The position numbers and the translations under genes are program-made. From the NCBI GenBank assembly GCA_004431415.1, contig QPMI01000161.1:1-64000 (forward strand): DNA of 64,000 bases, written 5' to 3'. Numbering within the stretch: position 1 is the stretch's first letter; each line of letters opens with the position of its first letter. Below, in pieces: positions 39,025-51,000 of this stretch. Below the pieces are notes generated by a model, which saw nothing but the letters and a program-made list of their open reading frames with translations, ran no database searches and was not told the DNA's origin. The DNA is from Cyanophora paradoxa CCMP329. Its lineage: Eukaryota; Plantae; Glaucophyta.

Positions 39025-39841
39025 ATAGAGGATGCCTTTATTATCAATTTCAGCCAAAAGTCCACATCCACCGGTGCAAATGCTCCTGAGATTCTATATG
39101 ATAGTTGGCGTTCTATTAGACCTGGTGCAGGTCTAAAAACCCCAATCAATACTCATCAGCAACTCGTTGCCCGAATCAATAACCGTTTTGAGAATCTCTC
39201 GCCTCCTTCTGCAATTCGCTGTGGTTGGGATGTAACCCAAAAAAAGTAATCTTTTATGCTCCTGTGGAGTTCTATATTTGCTTCTCATATGCAAAAGATC
39301 CTTCTGTTTCTGCAATCGAAAAAGCGCTACGACATGCTCGAATCTTGGGTTTGGATGCTGGACGCTGGGGAAACAAGTTTATTAAATCACAAGTCTATGG
39401 AACAGATACAAGCTCCGTTTTTACAGGTGCAAACGTAAATGGTATTATCTCAACATTCCCACAGAGACCTGCAAAGATAACGTCTTTTTCGTGAGAGTAA
39501 AAGAACTGGGTGACCTCGTCCAATGTGCCGATGGTCTCCTAACTGGATACTTCCATAAACTTATGGTTCAAGATAGAGAATTCGCGGAACACGTTGTTTA
39601 CAATTCGACGGAAGCAAATCCGCTGTATAAATACTATAATAAGAAGATGTCACTATCGCAATTCTCGGTAGATATAGTGAATGCTCAAAATGAATTAATT
39701 GATTTCGAGGGGCAACCTGTGCATCTGACATTCGAAATCCGTTATGGTGATGAACCCGCCGGTGATCCGATTTATGAGTATTTCAAAATGAGAATGAGAG
39801 AGACCCACCCCTTCTATCCAAATATTGCTGGATTCGCGTAA
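38957..39841 (+). pseudogene. Minor capsid (penton)-like protein 2, 5'-truncated, frameshifted
   Basis: Open frame with no ATG from the junction; ..ARILGL..VRVKEL..LSQFSVDIVNAQNELIDFEGQPVHLTFEIR. Confidence 0.68.
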
Positions 39842-39895
39842 ATTAAGGATCATTCACAGAATTTTTATATTTTTGTATAGTAAAAGCAAAACAGA

Positions 39896-41291
39896 ATGGA
39901 TGTTACCTCGACCCTTCAACGTCTTTCTCTGAAAGAGGCGCTAACAACGCCCGAGGAAGCCAAAGCGTTCTTCCTCGATAACTCGCTTATGCTTGGTCTC
40001 GAATCGAAGACGAAACCCGTTCTGGTAACCGTTAGTCCTCGACAACCTATGACAACAACGTTGGTCAACGCGTTTCTTTCAAACTTCCCCGCTACAACTT
40101 TGTTGGTAAAATCGAACTCGCTTTTGATCTTCCCGAACTAACCGCTTTTACTGGTGATGACGACCTTGTGCGAAATGGTTACACCCGTCCCGTTGGTGCG
40201 CTTGTAGAGCGTCTTGAATTCTCGTATGGCTCGTATACTTACCACGTCCAAGCGATTTTCTTGCGATTTTCCCACTGGTCTACTATTCTGAGGATCAGCT
40301 GGCGAAAAAGAAGCGTTCAATGGGAATGCTTCATGGAATTCCCGCTCACGGAACCAACCGTAAAGGTGGCGCTTTCTTCGTTGAAATTCCGGTGCCGTGG
40401 TTGAACCATTACCTACCACTTGGCGCTCTCTCAGGCGAAGCTGTTATCACTGTTTGGTTCAAAGAAGCTAACAAGGGATATCTTGAAACTTCTTATGGCG
40501 GTCGCGCTCTTCCAGTTGTGACAACCGCTGCGGATCAAACCGCAAATGACGGTCTCGGAAGCGCTACTGGTGTAACTCTTGCTAATGTCGGTCAAAACAT
40601 TACCACTGGCGGTATTACTGGGTTCGAAGTTGCTGGAACTGTTCCACCAATGACCCATTACATCTCCATTAAGTCTCCTCGTCTCTACATGCATGCTATT
40701 AACGTTTCTGATGAACTGTTCGCTACTGTTATTGAGAAAGTTAAGACCACGGGGATGGCTATTCCTGCTCTCGATATCGGTTTCGTTGATGCTATTGGTG
40801 TTGCTGCGAAAGGTAACACTCAACCCAACCGAATCAATCTTAGCCAAATCTCTGGTCTGGTTTATGCTCTTCTTGTCTCTGTTCGTGATGCTGATGGTGT
40901 CGATACCTCGAATGGTTCTCACAGCGTCCTTAAAACGCTTGCGAATGCGAAGGATATCACGATGACATGTGAGATCAACGGACAGCGTCTTTATTCGACG
41001 GAGCCGATCCCGCTACTTAAAGGTGCGGAACTCATCGCCGATGCCTTCAAATGCTCAAACATGGACAAGGAAGCAAACCGTTATGTCCTTACTGGTCTTC
41101 CATTCTGTGTTGATGGTGAGAAGGCGATTCGCAACATTGCCCAATCTGGATATGTTGACCTTACGAACTCGTCTTCATCGTTCCTCACTCTGTATCTTCC
41201 TGCTGATCGCACAATTACTGTTAACGTTCGCGCTCTCATGCATTCGTTCGTAATTTTGGACAAAGATGGAATAAGGCGAATCAATCTATGA
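39896..41291 (+). CDS. Major capsid protein (double jelly-roll), with about two frameshifts near 40060 and 40255
   Basis: Joined frames read GQRVSFKLPRYNFVGKIELAFDLPEL..GY..PVGALVERLEFSYG..FFVEIPVPWLNHYLPLGALSGEAVITVWF..INGQRL..SGYVDLTN; ~465 codons; next to pentons and ATPase. Confidence 0.8.
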
Positions 41292-41410
41292 TCATAAATG
41301 TATGTTTTTATTCTGTAAATCTGCAAAAAATGATTTCTTTTTTATCATCGATTTCCACAGGAAAAAGCATTTAAAGAAATAGCGATAATAAGTAATAGGA
41401 AGACAAGACA

Positions 41411-42574
41411 ATGCCGCGTCAATTGGGAAAACCCCATACACAAGATACATTCGTTGAAAAAGCAATCGAAGTTCATGGAGAGGGTCGATATGATTACTCA
41501 AAAGCCATTTATTCCGGTTGTTTCAATAAACTAACAATTATCTGTAATCAATGCAAAGGTGAGTTCTTCCAGTCACCTGCTAAGCATCTTTCTGGGCAAG
41601 GTTGTAGTGGCTGTAATAGAAGGAAAGGTCAAAGCTCGCATAAACATAAGGTTACTCAGGAATTGTTCATTGCAAAGGCAAAAGAAAAGCATGGAGATAA
41701 ATATTGCTACGATCTTGTTAAGTTTCGTGTGATGAGAGAAAAAGTTCAACTGAAATGTAAATGTTGTAGTCTTATTTTCGAGATAAGCCCCCACCATCAT
41801 ATACACCATGGTAATGGTTGCCCAGACTGCGGAAAGAAACAATGCTCGGATGCACTTAGGTTGACTTTTGACGATTTTGTCAAAAATTGTGTAAGAGTGC
41901 ATGGAACCAAATACAATTACAACAAGGTAAAATATATCGATAATTCAACAAAAGTAACAATCATATGTTCGTGTGGAGAAGAATTTGAGCAAACACCTTC
42001 AAGCCATATGAATGGAAACGGTTGTCGAAAATGCGCATTTGAAAAGAATGCTGAATCACTCAGAAAAGACACAACTTATTTCATCCAAAAAGCGATATCC
42101 GTGCATGGGAAACTATATGATTATAGTGAAGTTGATTATTTCGATATTCGCTCAAAAGTAAAGATCAAGTGCAATTCGTGTAAGAATTCATTCATGCAAT
42201 CACCTGGCGACCATTACTCAGGTTGTGGTTGTCCATTCTGTAAACAGTCAAAGGGTGAAAGGGCAATACAAAATATTCTCGATACCCTTGATCTGATATA
42301 CACTACACAACACTCCTTTGATGATTGTAAACATAATAGACCTCTTCGCTTTGACTTTTTCATTCCTGCGCTGAAAATTGCAATTGAATATGATGGTAAA
42401 CAGCACTTTGAACCTATTGAATATTTTGGAGGACAAGAAGGATTTGAGAAACGACAGCTTTGTGATGCGATTAAAAATCGCTATTGTGAAGCCAACAACA
42501 TCAAACTTCTAAGAGTCCCATACACTGAAACTGATATTGAGCGGTGCATTAAGCAATTCCTGATATCTCTGTAA
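41411..42574 (+). CDS. Putative free-standing endonuclease: four Zn-ribbon (DUF723-like) repeats plus a PD-(D/E)XK/Vsr-like domain
   Basis: Repeats F..KA..HG..YDY..V.Y..C..C..F.Q.P..H..G.GC..C; C-terminal SKGE..LRFDF..AIEYDGKQHF..D.IKN.YC..LLRVPY. Confidence 0.85.
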   Translation: MPRQLGKPHTQDTFVEKAIEVHGEGRYDYSKAIYSGCFNKLTIICNQCKGEFFQSPAKHLSGQGCSGCNRRKGQSSHKHKVTQELFIAKAKEKHGDKYCYDLVKFRVMREKVQLKCKCCSLIFEISPHHHIHHGNGCPDCGKKQCSDALRLTFDDFVKNCVRVHGTKYNYNKVKYIDNSTKVTIICSCGEEFEQTPSSHMNGNGCRKCAFEKNAESLRKDTTYFIQKAISVHGKLYDYSEVDYFDIRSKVKIKCNSCKNSFMQSPGDHYSGCGCPFCKQSKGERAIQNILDTLDLIYTTQHSFDDCKHNRPLRFDFFIPALKIAIEYDGKQHFEPIEYFGGQEGFEKRQLCDAIKNRYCEANNIKLLRVPYTETDIERCIKQFLISL

Positions 42575-42642
42575 TCTCTAAACCATTATCAGTAAGATTT
42601 CGTTCTTTTTATCTGTCTTTATTAAGAAAGATCTACTACGCC

Positions 42643-43337
42643 ATGGATGACATTCCTGAATTCAACGCTGGCGAAATGATTAACCCCCCATTCCGTGCGC
42701 TCGCAATCGGTAAAAGTCAAACGGGAAAGTCAGAGTGCGTGAAATACTGGCTTAAACAGCTTCATGATGCGAAAAAGTTAGATGTAATTCTTGTTGTAAG
42801 TGGGACGAGTTTCAATCATTTTTGGGATAATGTCGCTACATTACAACTCGGTAAATGGGATGCGCCTTACATCGCTAAACTTCTCGATGAACGACAAGAG
42901 AAAATTGAGAAAGGAGAACCTGTTAACCAATTGTGTGTCGTTCTTGATGATCTTATAGATAATGAGATAGTCGATCTAACCCGCGATAAAATTATTGGTT
43001 CTCTTTACAGTCGTGGGCGCCATTCGAAAATTTCGATTATTTGCATAACTCAGAAATTGCGTAAGGTTTCTTCAACCATTCGCGTCAACTCGGATTATGC
43101 AATGTTCCTAAGTGCGCCAATCGCAAAGAACTGGAAGCCATTGAAGAAGAATACAATATCATGCGGGATAAAGACGCTTTCTATAAGATGTTTGAGGAAT
43201 ACGTTCACTCCTATCAGTTTCTCATTTGGAGTTCTGCGAATTATTCGGTGGAATACTATGTTGATAAAGCAGAACTCGTAAAAGACTTTAAGTTTCCTCG
43301 GTTTCACAGAAAGCCAAAAAGAAAGAAGATGAATTAA
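42643..43337 (+). CDS. A32-like (FtsK/HerA) genome packaging ATPase, frameshift near 43115
   Basis: Walker A GKSQTGKS, Walker B CVVLDD, SRGRHSKIS..TQ, IRVN. Confidence 0.92.
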
Positions 43338-43451
43338 AACCGCCTGAGAAGGAGGAAGCGCCGAAAGAGATTAAAAGCGCTGTTCACACGAATAAGTTGA
43401 TGCGATATAAGAGGGGACTGTAAAATTATCTCTGTATGTTATAAATATACA

Positions 43452-44107
43452 ATGCCGCCGAAACGTAGAGGTGTTCCCGCTGGTGCAATGTCATATTCCG
43501 GCGGTGAAAGTCACGGATCTCTCAACACTACACCCATGAAATTCAACGGAATGAGCGAAGTGAAACCATCGCAACAGGAAGAAGATCCTTAAATGCGGCG
43601 TATGAAGAAGCGCCCGGTGATAAAGCGCCGCAAACCTCCCAAAGTGAGCAACTGAACATTACGCCGGAAGTCTCGAAGATGAAGGCGGTCGGTGAAGGTG
43701 CGCGCCGGATTATCGGTGCTGCCGATGATCGTGAACTTGGTCTAAAAGATCTTTCACTCGCTCGCAAGGGTGAAGGTGTTTCCAAAGAATCCGATAAGGT
43801 AATTCAATCGATGGCTGGTGAAGTTACTTACAAGGTTGCGCCAACTCAAAACATTCACCGAATCCCGAAAGCGCAATGGGATGAGATGACCGCTAAATTA
43901 AAGGATCTGGAAGCGAAATCAAGCGCTCTTGAACAGTATGTAACTGAGAAGAAAGAACGCGCTAAAATCAAGGAAATGCTGCGCAAAGAAGTATTCCGAA
44001 TGGGTATTACCGGTCTTCCCGATAAGCAGTTTATTGGTAAGAAGGAGACTCAAATTGATGAACAAGCGGTAGATGAGTTGAAGACAAGACCCAAAGGGAA
44101 CAGTTGA
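43452..44107 (+). CDS. Viral hypothetical charged protein (frameshifted; MPPKRR start)
   Basis: ATG after TATAAATATACA, joining ORF 43679-44107. Confidence 0.5.
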
Positions 44108-44206
44108 ACCTGGCGCAACCAAAGCGGAAGTCGACAAAGGTGTAGCTCCCACAGCATACAAGCGGAGAGTTTGGCTTTAATTATATATTGTTTAAAGAGG
44201 GAATCA

Positions 44207-44425
44207 ATGGAGTTTCTGAAAAAGATCATTGAGATGTTTGAGATGCATTGCATAACCGATTGTCACAATGATTGCTGCGATACGAAATTCGAAATGGATT
44301 TCTCAGATGGTGGAAGCGATGGAGGGCGAAGGCAATCACAAGATTCGATAACAACTGAGACAGTCACCGTTACAGAAACAGAGACTGTCCGTCGCCGATC
44401 GTTTGCGCAAAACGATCATAAATAA
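44207..44425 (+). CDS. Small Cys-rich viral protein
   Basis: MEFLKKII..HCITDCHNDCC. Confidence 0.5.
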   Translation: MEFLKKIIEMFEMHCITDCHNDCCDTKFEMDFSDGGSDGGRRQSQDSITTETVTVTETETVRRRSFAQNDHK

Positions 44426-44633
44426 TATCTTTGGTTATGGTATCAAATGTCATACGAAAAGATCTACTCCATCATACTATCGAAACGAAAGATTTACGCT
44501 GTTAAATCTGCAATTGAAGAACGTAGACACCAACTGGCTTTGGTCACCAAAAAATGACACCATAAACTACTTAAAGACGTAACGCATAATACAGAGTGGT
44601 AAAAGATTTTCTCAACTATATATAAAGGGGAAC

Positions 44634-44870
44634 ATGGCGACTGTAATTCATATAACCGAAGACATGATTAGCGTTGTCGAATTCGGCAATGAAGAAGATG
44701 AGACCCGCGCCAATTACAAGATGAGAGATGCTCTCAGGAAGCGAACGCTTTACAAGGAAGACCCGGTTTATCGGGAGTATAAGAAGGCGCAATCACTCGC
44801 TTCATATTATCGTCGTAAGGAGCGGGAGGGAATCGAAAACAAGTCGCGGGGACGTCCACGAAAGTATTAA
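44634..44870 (+). CDS. Small basic protein with C-terminal AT-hook
   Basis: Ends SRGRPRKY; TATATAAA upstream. Confidence 0.65.
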   Translation: MATVIHITEDMISVVEFGNEEDETRANYKMRDALRKRTLYKEDPVYREYKKAQSLASYYRRKEREGIENKSRGRPRKY

Positions 44871-45069
44871 GGAAAACACCCATTTGACCGCTGAACCCAA
44901 TTACTCATTTTTCGAGCGGTCTATCGATATTCTTCGATAGATCCGTAACCATCTCCCGATTGCCGTTTTTGGTAATTGAGGAGATATCAAGCACTTAAAG
45001 GTTAGCCGCCAAAAAATGACAAGGATCCGGAGAAATTAATTTCTCCATTAAGTATAAGAAGAGCCCAAG

Positions 45070-47464
45070 ATGTTCAACTCTCAGCAACCGAACGGACTTA
45101 AAATCGCTCTCTTTGAGAAGGTGGATCGCTCCACTCTCAAATACCTGATTGATAATTTCGAGACTTTGGAGTATCGACCTGATATTGATGCAACTGCTAC
45201 TCTCACCCTTCTCCAACGTTATTTCAAGGATTTGAAGCGAGATGGGCGCATTGAAGTTAAATATCATCAATGCAAGCATAATACTGGTCGTTATTTCGTG
45301 AATCTTGAACACATCAAGAAGAAGCAAGCATCAATGCAAGGAATGCCCAGAGAATTCCGCCACACTCTTGCTCGCGATTTCTACTACGATATCGATATGA
45401 AAAATGCGCATCCCACACTTCTCATTCAGTATTGTGAAAAAAATGAAATCGTTTGTGAGGGTCTTACTGATTATGTCGACAATCGTGATAGTATCATTGC
45501 TGATATAAGCAAGAAATTGGGACTTTCTCGCGAAGATATCAAGAAAGCGTTTCTTTCTGTTGTAAACGGGGGTGGGGGCTCAATTGATAACAAGGAACTG
45601 CTGAACCACCCCAAGTTCAAAGCAGTTAAGAACGAAATCACAGGAATTCACGCTCAAATTGCAAGCATGCCCGAAAACCACAACTTCTTCTTGATTTGCA
45701 AGCGAAAGAAGGAGTATAACATCTTTGGTTCAACCATTAATATGGTTCTCTGCAAATTGGAGAATGAATGTCTGATTGCGCTTTGTCAGTATTTAACCTC
45801 ACTTGCTGTAAAAGTTGGCGTTCTCGTTTATGATGGTTGCATGGTTGAAAAAGCCCCTGAATTACCCGAAACTCGTCTCCACAATATTCTCTGTGATGCT
45901 ACCAAGTATATTGAGAATGTCACTGGCTACAAGATTGAGTTGATGATTAAACCAATGGATCAAGGATTTACGATTCCAACAAATTCAAAAAGTGTATCCT
46001 CTCCTCTTAATATTGTTCGGGATGATCGTGAAGCTGCTCTCACATTTGTTAAATCGATTGAGGGGCGAGTGGTCATGTCTGATGGTCGTATATTCGCTCA
46101 GACAGACGATTTTCTGTGGACTGATGATTCCACAATGGTCTACAATATAATGTTGAAATTGTGCATGGAGTGCTATATGTTCAAGGAGGATGACAAAGGT
46201 AACTTGAAGCCATATTCTACCAATCTTACTGGGGCAGATCGAATTATCAAGACAGCCAAAGCATTTCTGCCCAATAATCGTGTGTTCTACAATGATATTA
46301 TGTGGTCATCGACCATTGGAAAATTGTGCTACCGAAATGGTGTGTATGATTTCGAGACAAAGAAGCTCACACCATGGGACAAATGTGACAAGATCTATTC
46401 TACCACTCGAATCGAGAGGGATCTTCTTGTTGACAAAGATGGATATGTGATCAAGCCATCTGATTCGGATATTCAAACCCTTTTCGACAAGATTCTGGAA
46501 CCCGTTTTCGGAAATGATTCGATTTCTTCTGCTCTGGAATTTACAGCTCGTGCAATGGCTGGGAAATACGAAGATAAACAGTGGGATTATCAATTGGTGA
46601 ACGCAATTGTGGTAAGGGGTTTATGTGAATCTCAATGAAAATACCTGGGGAAGTGGATATGTGCACACCATCAGTGGGGAGGCATTCTTGCTGAATAAGA
46701 ACTCAGATGACAACGATACCTCCAAGTTAAAGTGGATGAAACCTTGTGAATTTCGTCGTCTGACATTCACCCAAGAGATGAAATTCGATGTCTCAAACAC
46801 AAATATTAAGGTGAATGGTGCAATGATCAAAAAGAAGGAATCTGGTGGTGATGTTCAATGCATGCGTGTTCTATATGAAAATGAGGTCAATATTCGCCTC
46901 CAAAGTCGTTTGTGGATGATCATGAATGATGTTCCACCCATTTCCCCATCTGATACCCTTCAAACCATGGTATTGTTCAAGCACCCCCACAAATTCGTTG
47001 ATCAAAAGACTGTTGAGGAAATGAACTCTCCTTGTGTGAGATTGGCTTCGGAAGATATCAAGAGTGTTCTGCTAAAAAGTCCTGAGATAATTAGAGCATT
47101 CGAATGGATGGTGTTTGAAGCCTACAAATCTCAGAAATTCGTGGTTTCTGGGAAGGTTGCTGAGGATATTAATGAATTCCGGGAAGATGCAGGTGATGAA
47201 ATGTCTCTGATCAGATCAGTGTTCGAATTCACTCGAAATTCATCCGACTCTGTAACTTCCAAGATGGTTGAGCAAGAGATCAAGCAACTGAGACTGAATA
47301 TGTCTGCAAATCGCATTAAAACTGTGATGGGTTTGCTTGGAGCGAAATATGACAAGAATGCAGTTCGCAAGAAGGTTGGAACTGGTTATGATCGTGGCTA
47401 CAAGGGTGTGAAGAAGATTGATAAGACACCTACTGTTGTTGAGTTTGATGATGATGATGAGTAA
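45070..47464 (+). CDS. TVpol (PolA-family primase/polymerase) fused to a D5-like SF3 helicase, frameshifted at ~46590-46625
   Basis: GRYF..SMQGMPREFR..YYDIDMKNAHP and VLVYDGCM; D5_N-like LCYRNGVYDF; Walker A GERNCGKG lies in the shifted frame; ESGGD..R.LYEN..MND.P. Confidence 0.85.
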
Positions 47465-47528
47465 AATACTTCTGTTATGATTCTGATTTCTATATACATT
47501 CTTTTTATACCTTACTGGAAATGGACAG

Positions 47529-47724
47529 TAGGCACTTGAATAATTGAAGTAGGCACTTTTCAATTGAGGTTAGGCACTTTTAATTGACGTTAGGCACTTA
47601 GGCACCTTTCCTGGAAACTCTCTATAAAAAATAAAATCAACGTTTTGAAAAACACAAGTTGATATATTTGGGACTTCTTTTTAATTCTCGATTAAGAAGT
47701 GCCTAACTGCCTACAAGCGCCTAC
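47529..47724 (+). repeat. Internal third copy of the TIR iteron/AT-core module
   Basis: Closely matches ~60353-60547 (TAGGCAC x5, CTGGAAACTCTCTATAAAAAATAAAATCAACG.., GTGCCTAAC). Confidence 0.92.
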
Positions 47725-47767
47725 AAAAAATGACGCGATTTCAGAGATGTGATCCAAGAGCACCACA

Positions 47768-48076
47768 ATGACCACATTCTCAAAAGAAGATTTCGCCCGA
47801 CTCAATCATGAATGCTTTGGATCTGATCCAGTTCTGACAGATGCAGAGCAAAGAAAAAAAGTGCTTCGGTTGATCTTGGAGAAAGGAGGATGTAAATATG
47901 ATCAGATGCCCAGGCATTTCAGAAAGAAATTAGATAGATACTGCGAAAATGGAAGAGGCCACCAGTGCGCAAATGATTTCGAGGAAATGAGAGCGGGACA
48001 GGGTCGCCATGATGTGAACCATGCACGAAAGCGACTTCAAGATAAACTTTCAAAACGCGTTCAAAATCCAAAATAA
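47768..48076 (+). CDS. Viral hypothetical protein (102 aa)
   Basis: Intact ORF abutting the pPolB gene. Confidence 0.6.
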   Translation: MTTFSKEDFARLNHECFGSDPVLTDAEQRKKVLRLILEKGGCKYDQMPRHFRKKLDRYCENGRGHQCANDFEEMRAGQGRHDVNHARKRLQDKLSKRVQNPK

Positions 48077-48078
48077 AA

Positions 48079-51000
48079 ATGTTCCTTTATAGCAAAGATG
48101 CCCGCCAAACGAACAGACTGATCAAAGAAAAGAAAAATGAAATACTTGGATTGTTAGGAACTCTCTTAGTTACCGGTGAGATAACCGAAGCGGAATTCGA
48201 TAGAGAAGCCACCATCTTAGATAGACGACCGCGATTAGGACAACTCACTGAGATTGCAAATGACCTCTACGATCGCATGCAACGAATGGAGGAATTTATG
48301 GGTGAAGGACAGAGATTAGGAGCAATTGAACCGGACATTGAAGATGGACAAGCGATGAATCAAGCGTATTCGTGGTTAACCTATCGCGCCCGAAATGAAG
48401 TTGTCGTGGATGCTATCGAATTCCTCGAAAGAATCGCACCAAGTCTACCGCAACGCATTAGAACCCGCTTAGATCAACTGAGAGCCGTTAAAGTCCGTCT
48501 GACTTTCGTTTGCAAATTTACCAAAGTAGGTAATCCGCGCATCTATATCACCAAATACATTTACAGCGATTATTTCGTAATTACCCGATCCCGCAACATA
48601 GACACAGAAGTTCGCAAAGCGTTACAGAAAATGCAAGAGGAGATGACACAAGTGGATAGTTACCGTTTAGAGAAGATCGAAATACTTAGAGGTGTAATCA
48701 TGTCATACGCACCTGTGGGTGGTTGTTATTTCGCAACTCCGGAATGGATCGCATCCAAGAAGGCAACAGTGAATGTTAAGAATATTGACGGTCAAGATTG
48801 CTTCAAGTATGCGATTTTGGCTTACCTGCATCGAAAGGACATTAACAAACACAAGAGCAATGAACCAAGCCAATACCGCCGATGGTTAAATGAACTCAAT
48901 TTCGATGGTATTCAGTTTCCCATTGCATGTGATGCTGAGGTAATCGATCGTTTCGAAGAACTAAACCCCGATTTATCCATTAACATTTACGGAGCCGATA
49001 ACGCCAAAGAGTGTTTCTATCCTCTCCATCAATCAAGTAATCCAAGACGAAAGACCAAAATTAACCTTTTACTTATTGAAAACACCGAAGATGATCGGGG
49101 ACACTACATTACTATCATGTCTTTTAGTCGTCTTCTGAAAACTACGTTTGATAAAGCATGTGATGGTCGCATTTATTACTGTGAAACCTGCTTATCGCGT
49201 TTCAGAACTCAGGAGAAATTAGACCTGCATGTTGAAGCGAATCGCTGCATTGATTGGAGGGAGAGCAAAGGCAAATGCCCAAAAGCGGGAAGCGCAATTG
49301 AATTCGGTCTGCAACATCTACGTAAAACCGTTTGGCTTCCTGTGATCTGTTATGTCAAAGTCGAAGATCATTCGGTTGCTATCGATGCTCAGAGGAGTAA
49401 ACGTGAGATTAAAGCGGTTTCACTGAGAGTGGTAATGGGAGAAGAAGTGAGAGCATACCATTTTGAGGGAGCCGATCCTCTCGGTTCTCTCTTTGCTACT
49501 CTCCAAGATATCAGACCCGAAATAGTTGAGACGCTGTTTAGAAATATTTCGATGCATCCACTCACAGACGATCAGAAGGCGGAATACAAGATAACAAAAA
49601 ACTGTTATATTTGCTCTCAGAGATTCACCCACGAAAACTTCCCCGTTCGCGATCATTGTCACCAATCCGGCAATTTCATCGGGAAGGCATGCCGAAACTG
49701 TAACCTCCACCGGCGAATCTCAAAGCAAACCAAAGTAGCTATCGTTGTCGATCACATGGATGAATGCGGACATGGAATATTCCGCAAAATTGCCCAACAA
49801 GATGATAAATTACGTGTTGAGATTCTAAGCAAGAATTTCGATCAATACCTGTCGCTTCAATGGGGCATGTGGAAGTTCATTGATGCTTCCCATTTCATGG
49901 ATTTCCAATCTGTGGATGTGGGTGATTTAATGAGAAAGTTTGAAGCATTCCGCAAATTGGCGTTTTCTCAATATGGATTGGATCCCGCACATTACGTTAG
50001 CGCACCGGGTCTCTCTTGGGACGCTATGCTCAAACACACGAAAGTTAAGATTGCACTAATCGATGATGTAGAGAAATACGAATTTGTTGAGAGAGCAATT
50101 CGCGGTGGATTTGCTACCATGCCCACACGATACGCAAAGGTAGAGAATGCCGACGATCATATAGTATTGTTGGATGCGAATAATCTTTATGGTTATGCTC
50201 TCAGTCAACCACTACCTATCGGAGATTATCGATGGGAAGACATCACAGAGGCACTTAAAGAGGTAGAGGACGAAGCGCATTTATTGAAGTTGATCTTGAA
50301 TACCCACAAACCTCGAAGATCATTACGATTTCCACTGATCGTAAATAAAGAAGTGATAACCACTGAGATGCTTGGTGATTATCAACGAAAACTATTAGAT
50401 CTGACGGGCGAAAAGATCAGCAAAGACCCCAAACTTACAGCGACATTTACGCCCAAGAATAAATACGTAATCGCTCGACCTCTTCTTAATTACATCGTTA
50501 AGAAGGGTGTCGTTTTAAAAAAGATACATAAAGTTCTCTCATTCGCTACTTCCCCATTCATGAAATCATATATTGGTCTGAATACTCTACTCAGGCACAA
50601 ATCTACTAACCATTTCGAAAGCGACTTCTTTAAACTCATGAACAATGCGATTTATGGTAAATGCTTGGAATCTTGCAGGGGTCGCTCAACTGTCAAGATC
50701 GCTAACAGTGAGAAACTCTGTAAGAAATACGCAGCAAGTCCGCTTATCAAAGCGACCAATGTATTAAACGAAAACGCAGTTGCCTTTGAGATGTATTCGA
50801 AGCATGTAAATTTAGATAAACCCGTAGCAATTGGCGCTTTCGTTTTGGATTTCGCGAAACTACATAACTATCGGTTCTTCTATGATGTGGTAAGGAAGAA
50901 GTGGGAAACCGCTAAACTACTGTTCCACGATACAGATTCGTTCTGTCTTTTCCTGAAAACCAATAATCTCAATGAAGATATGAAAGAGATAGGTGAGTAT

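Noticed and set aside
46560-46640. Programmed frameshift between TVpol and helicase
   Set aside because: Two nearby shifts are needed, and indel errors are evident elsewhere in this assembly.
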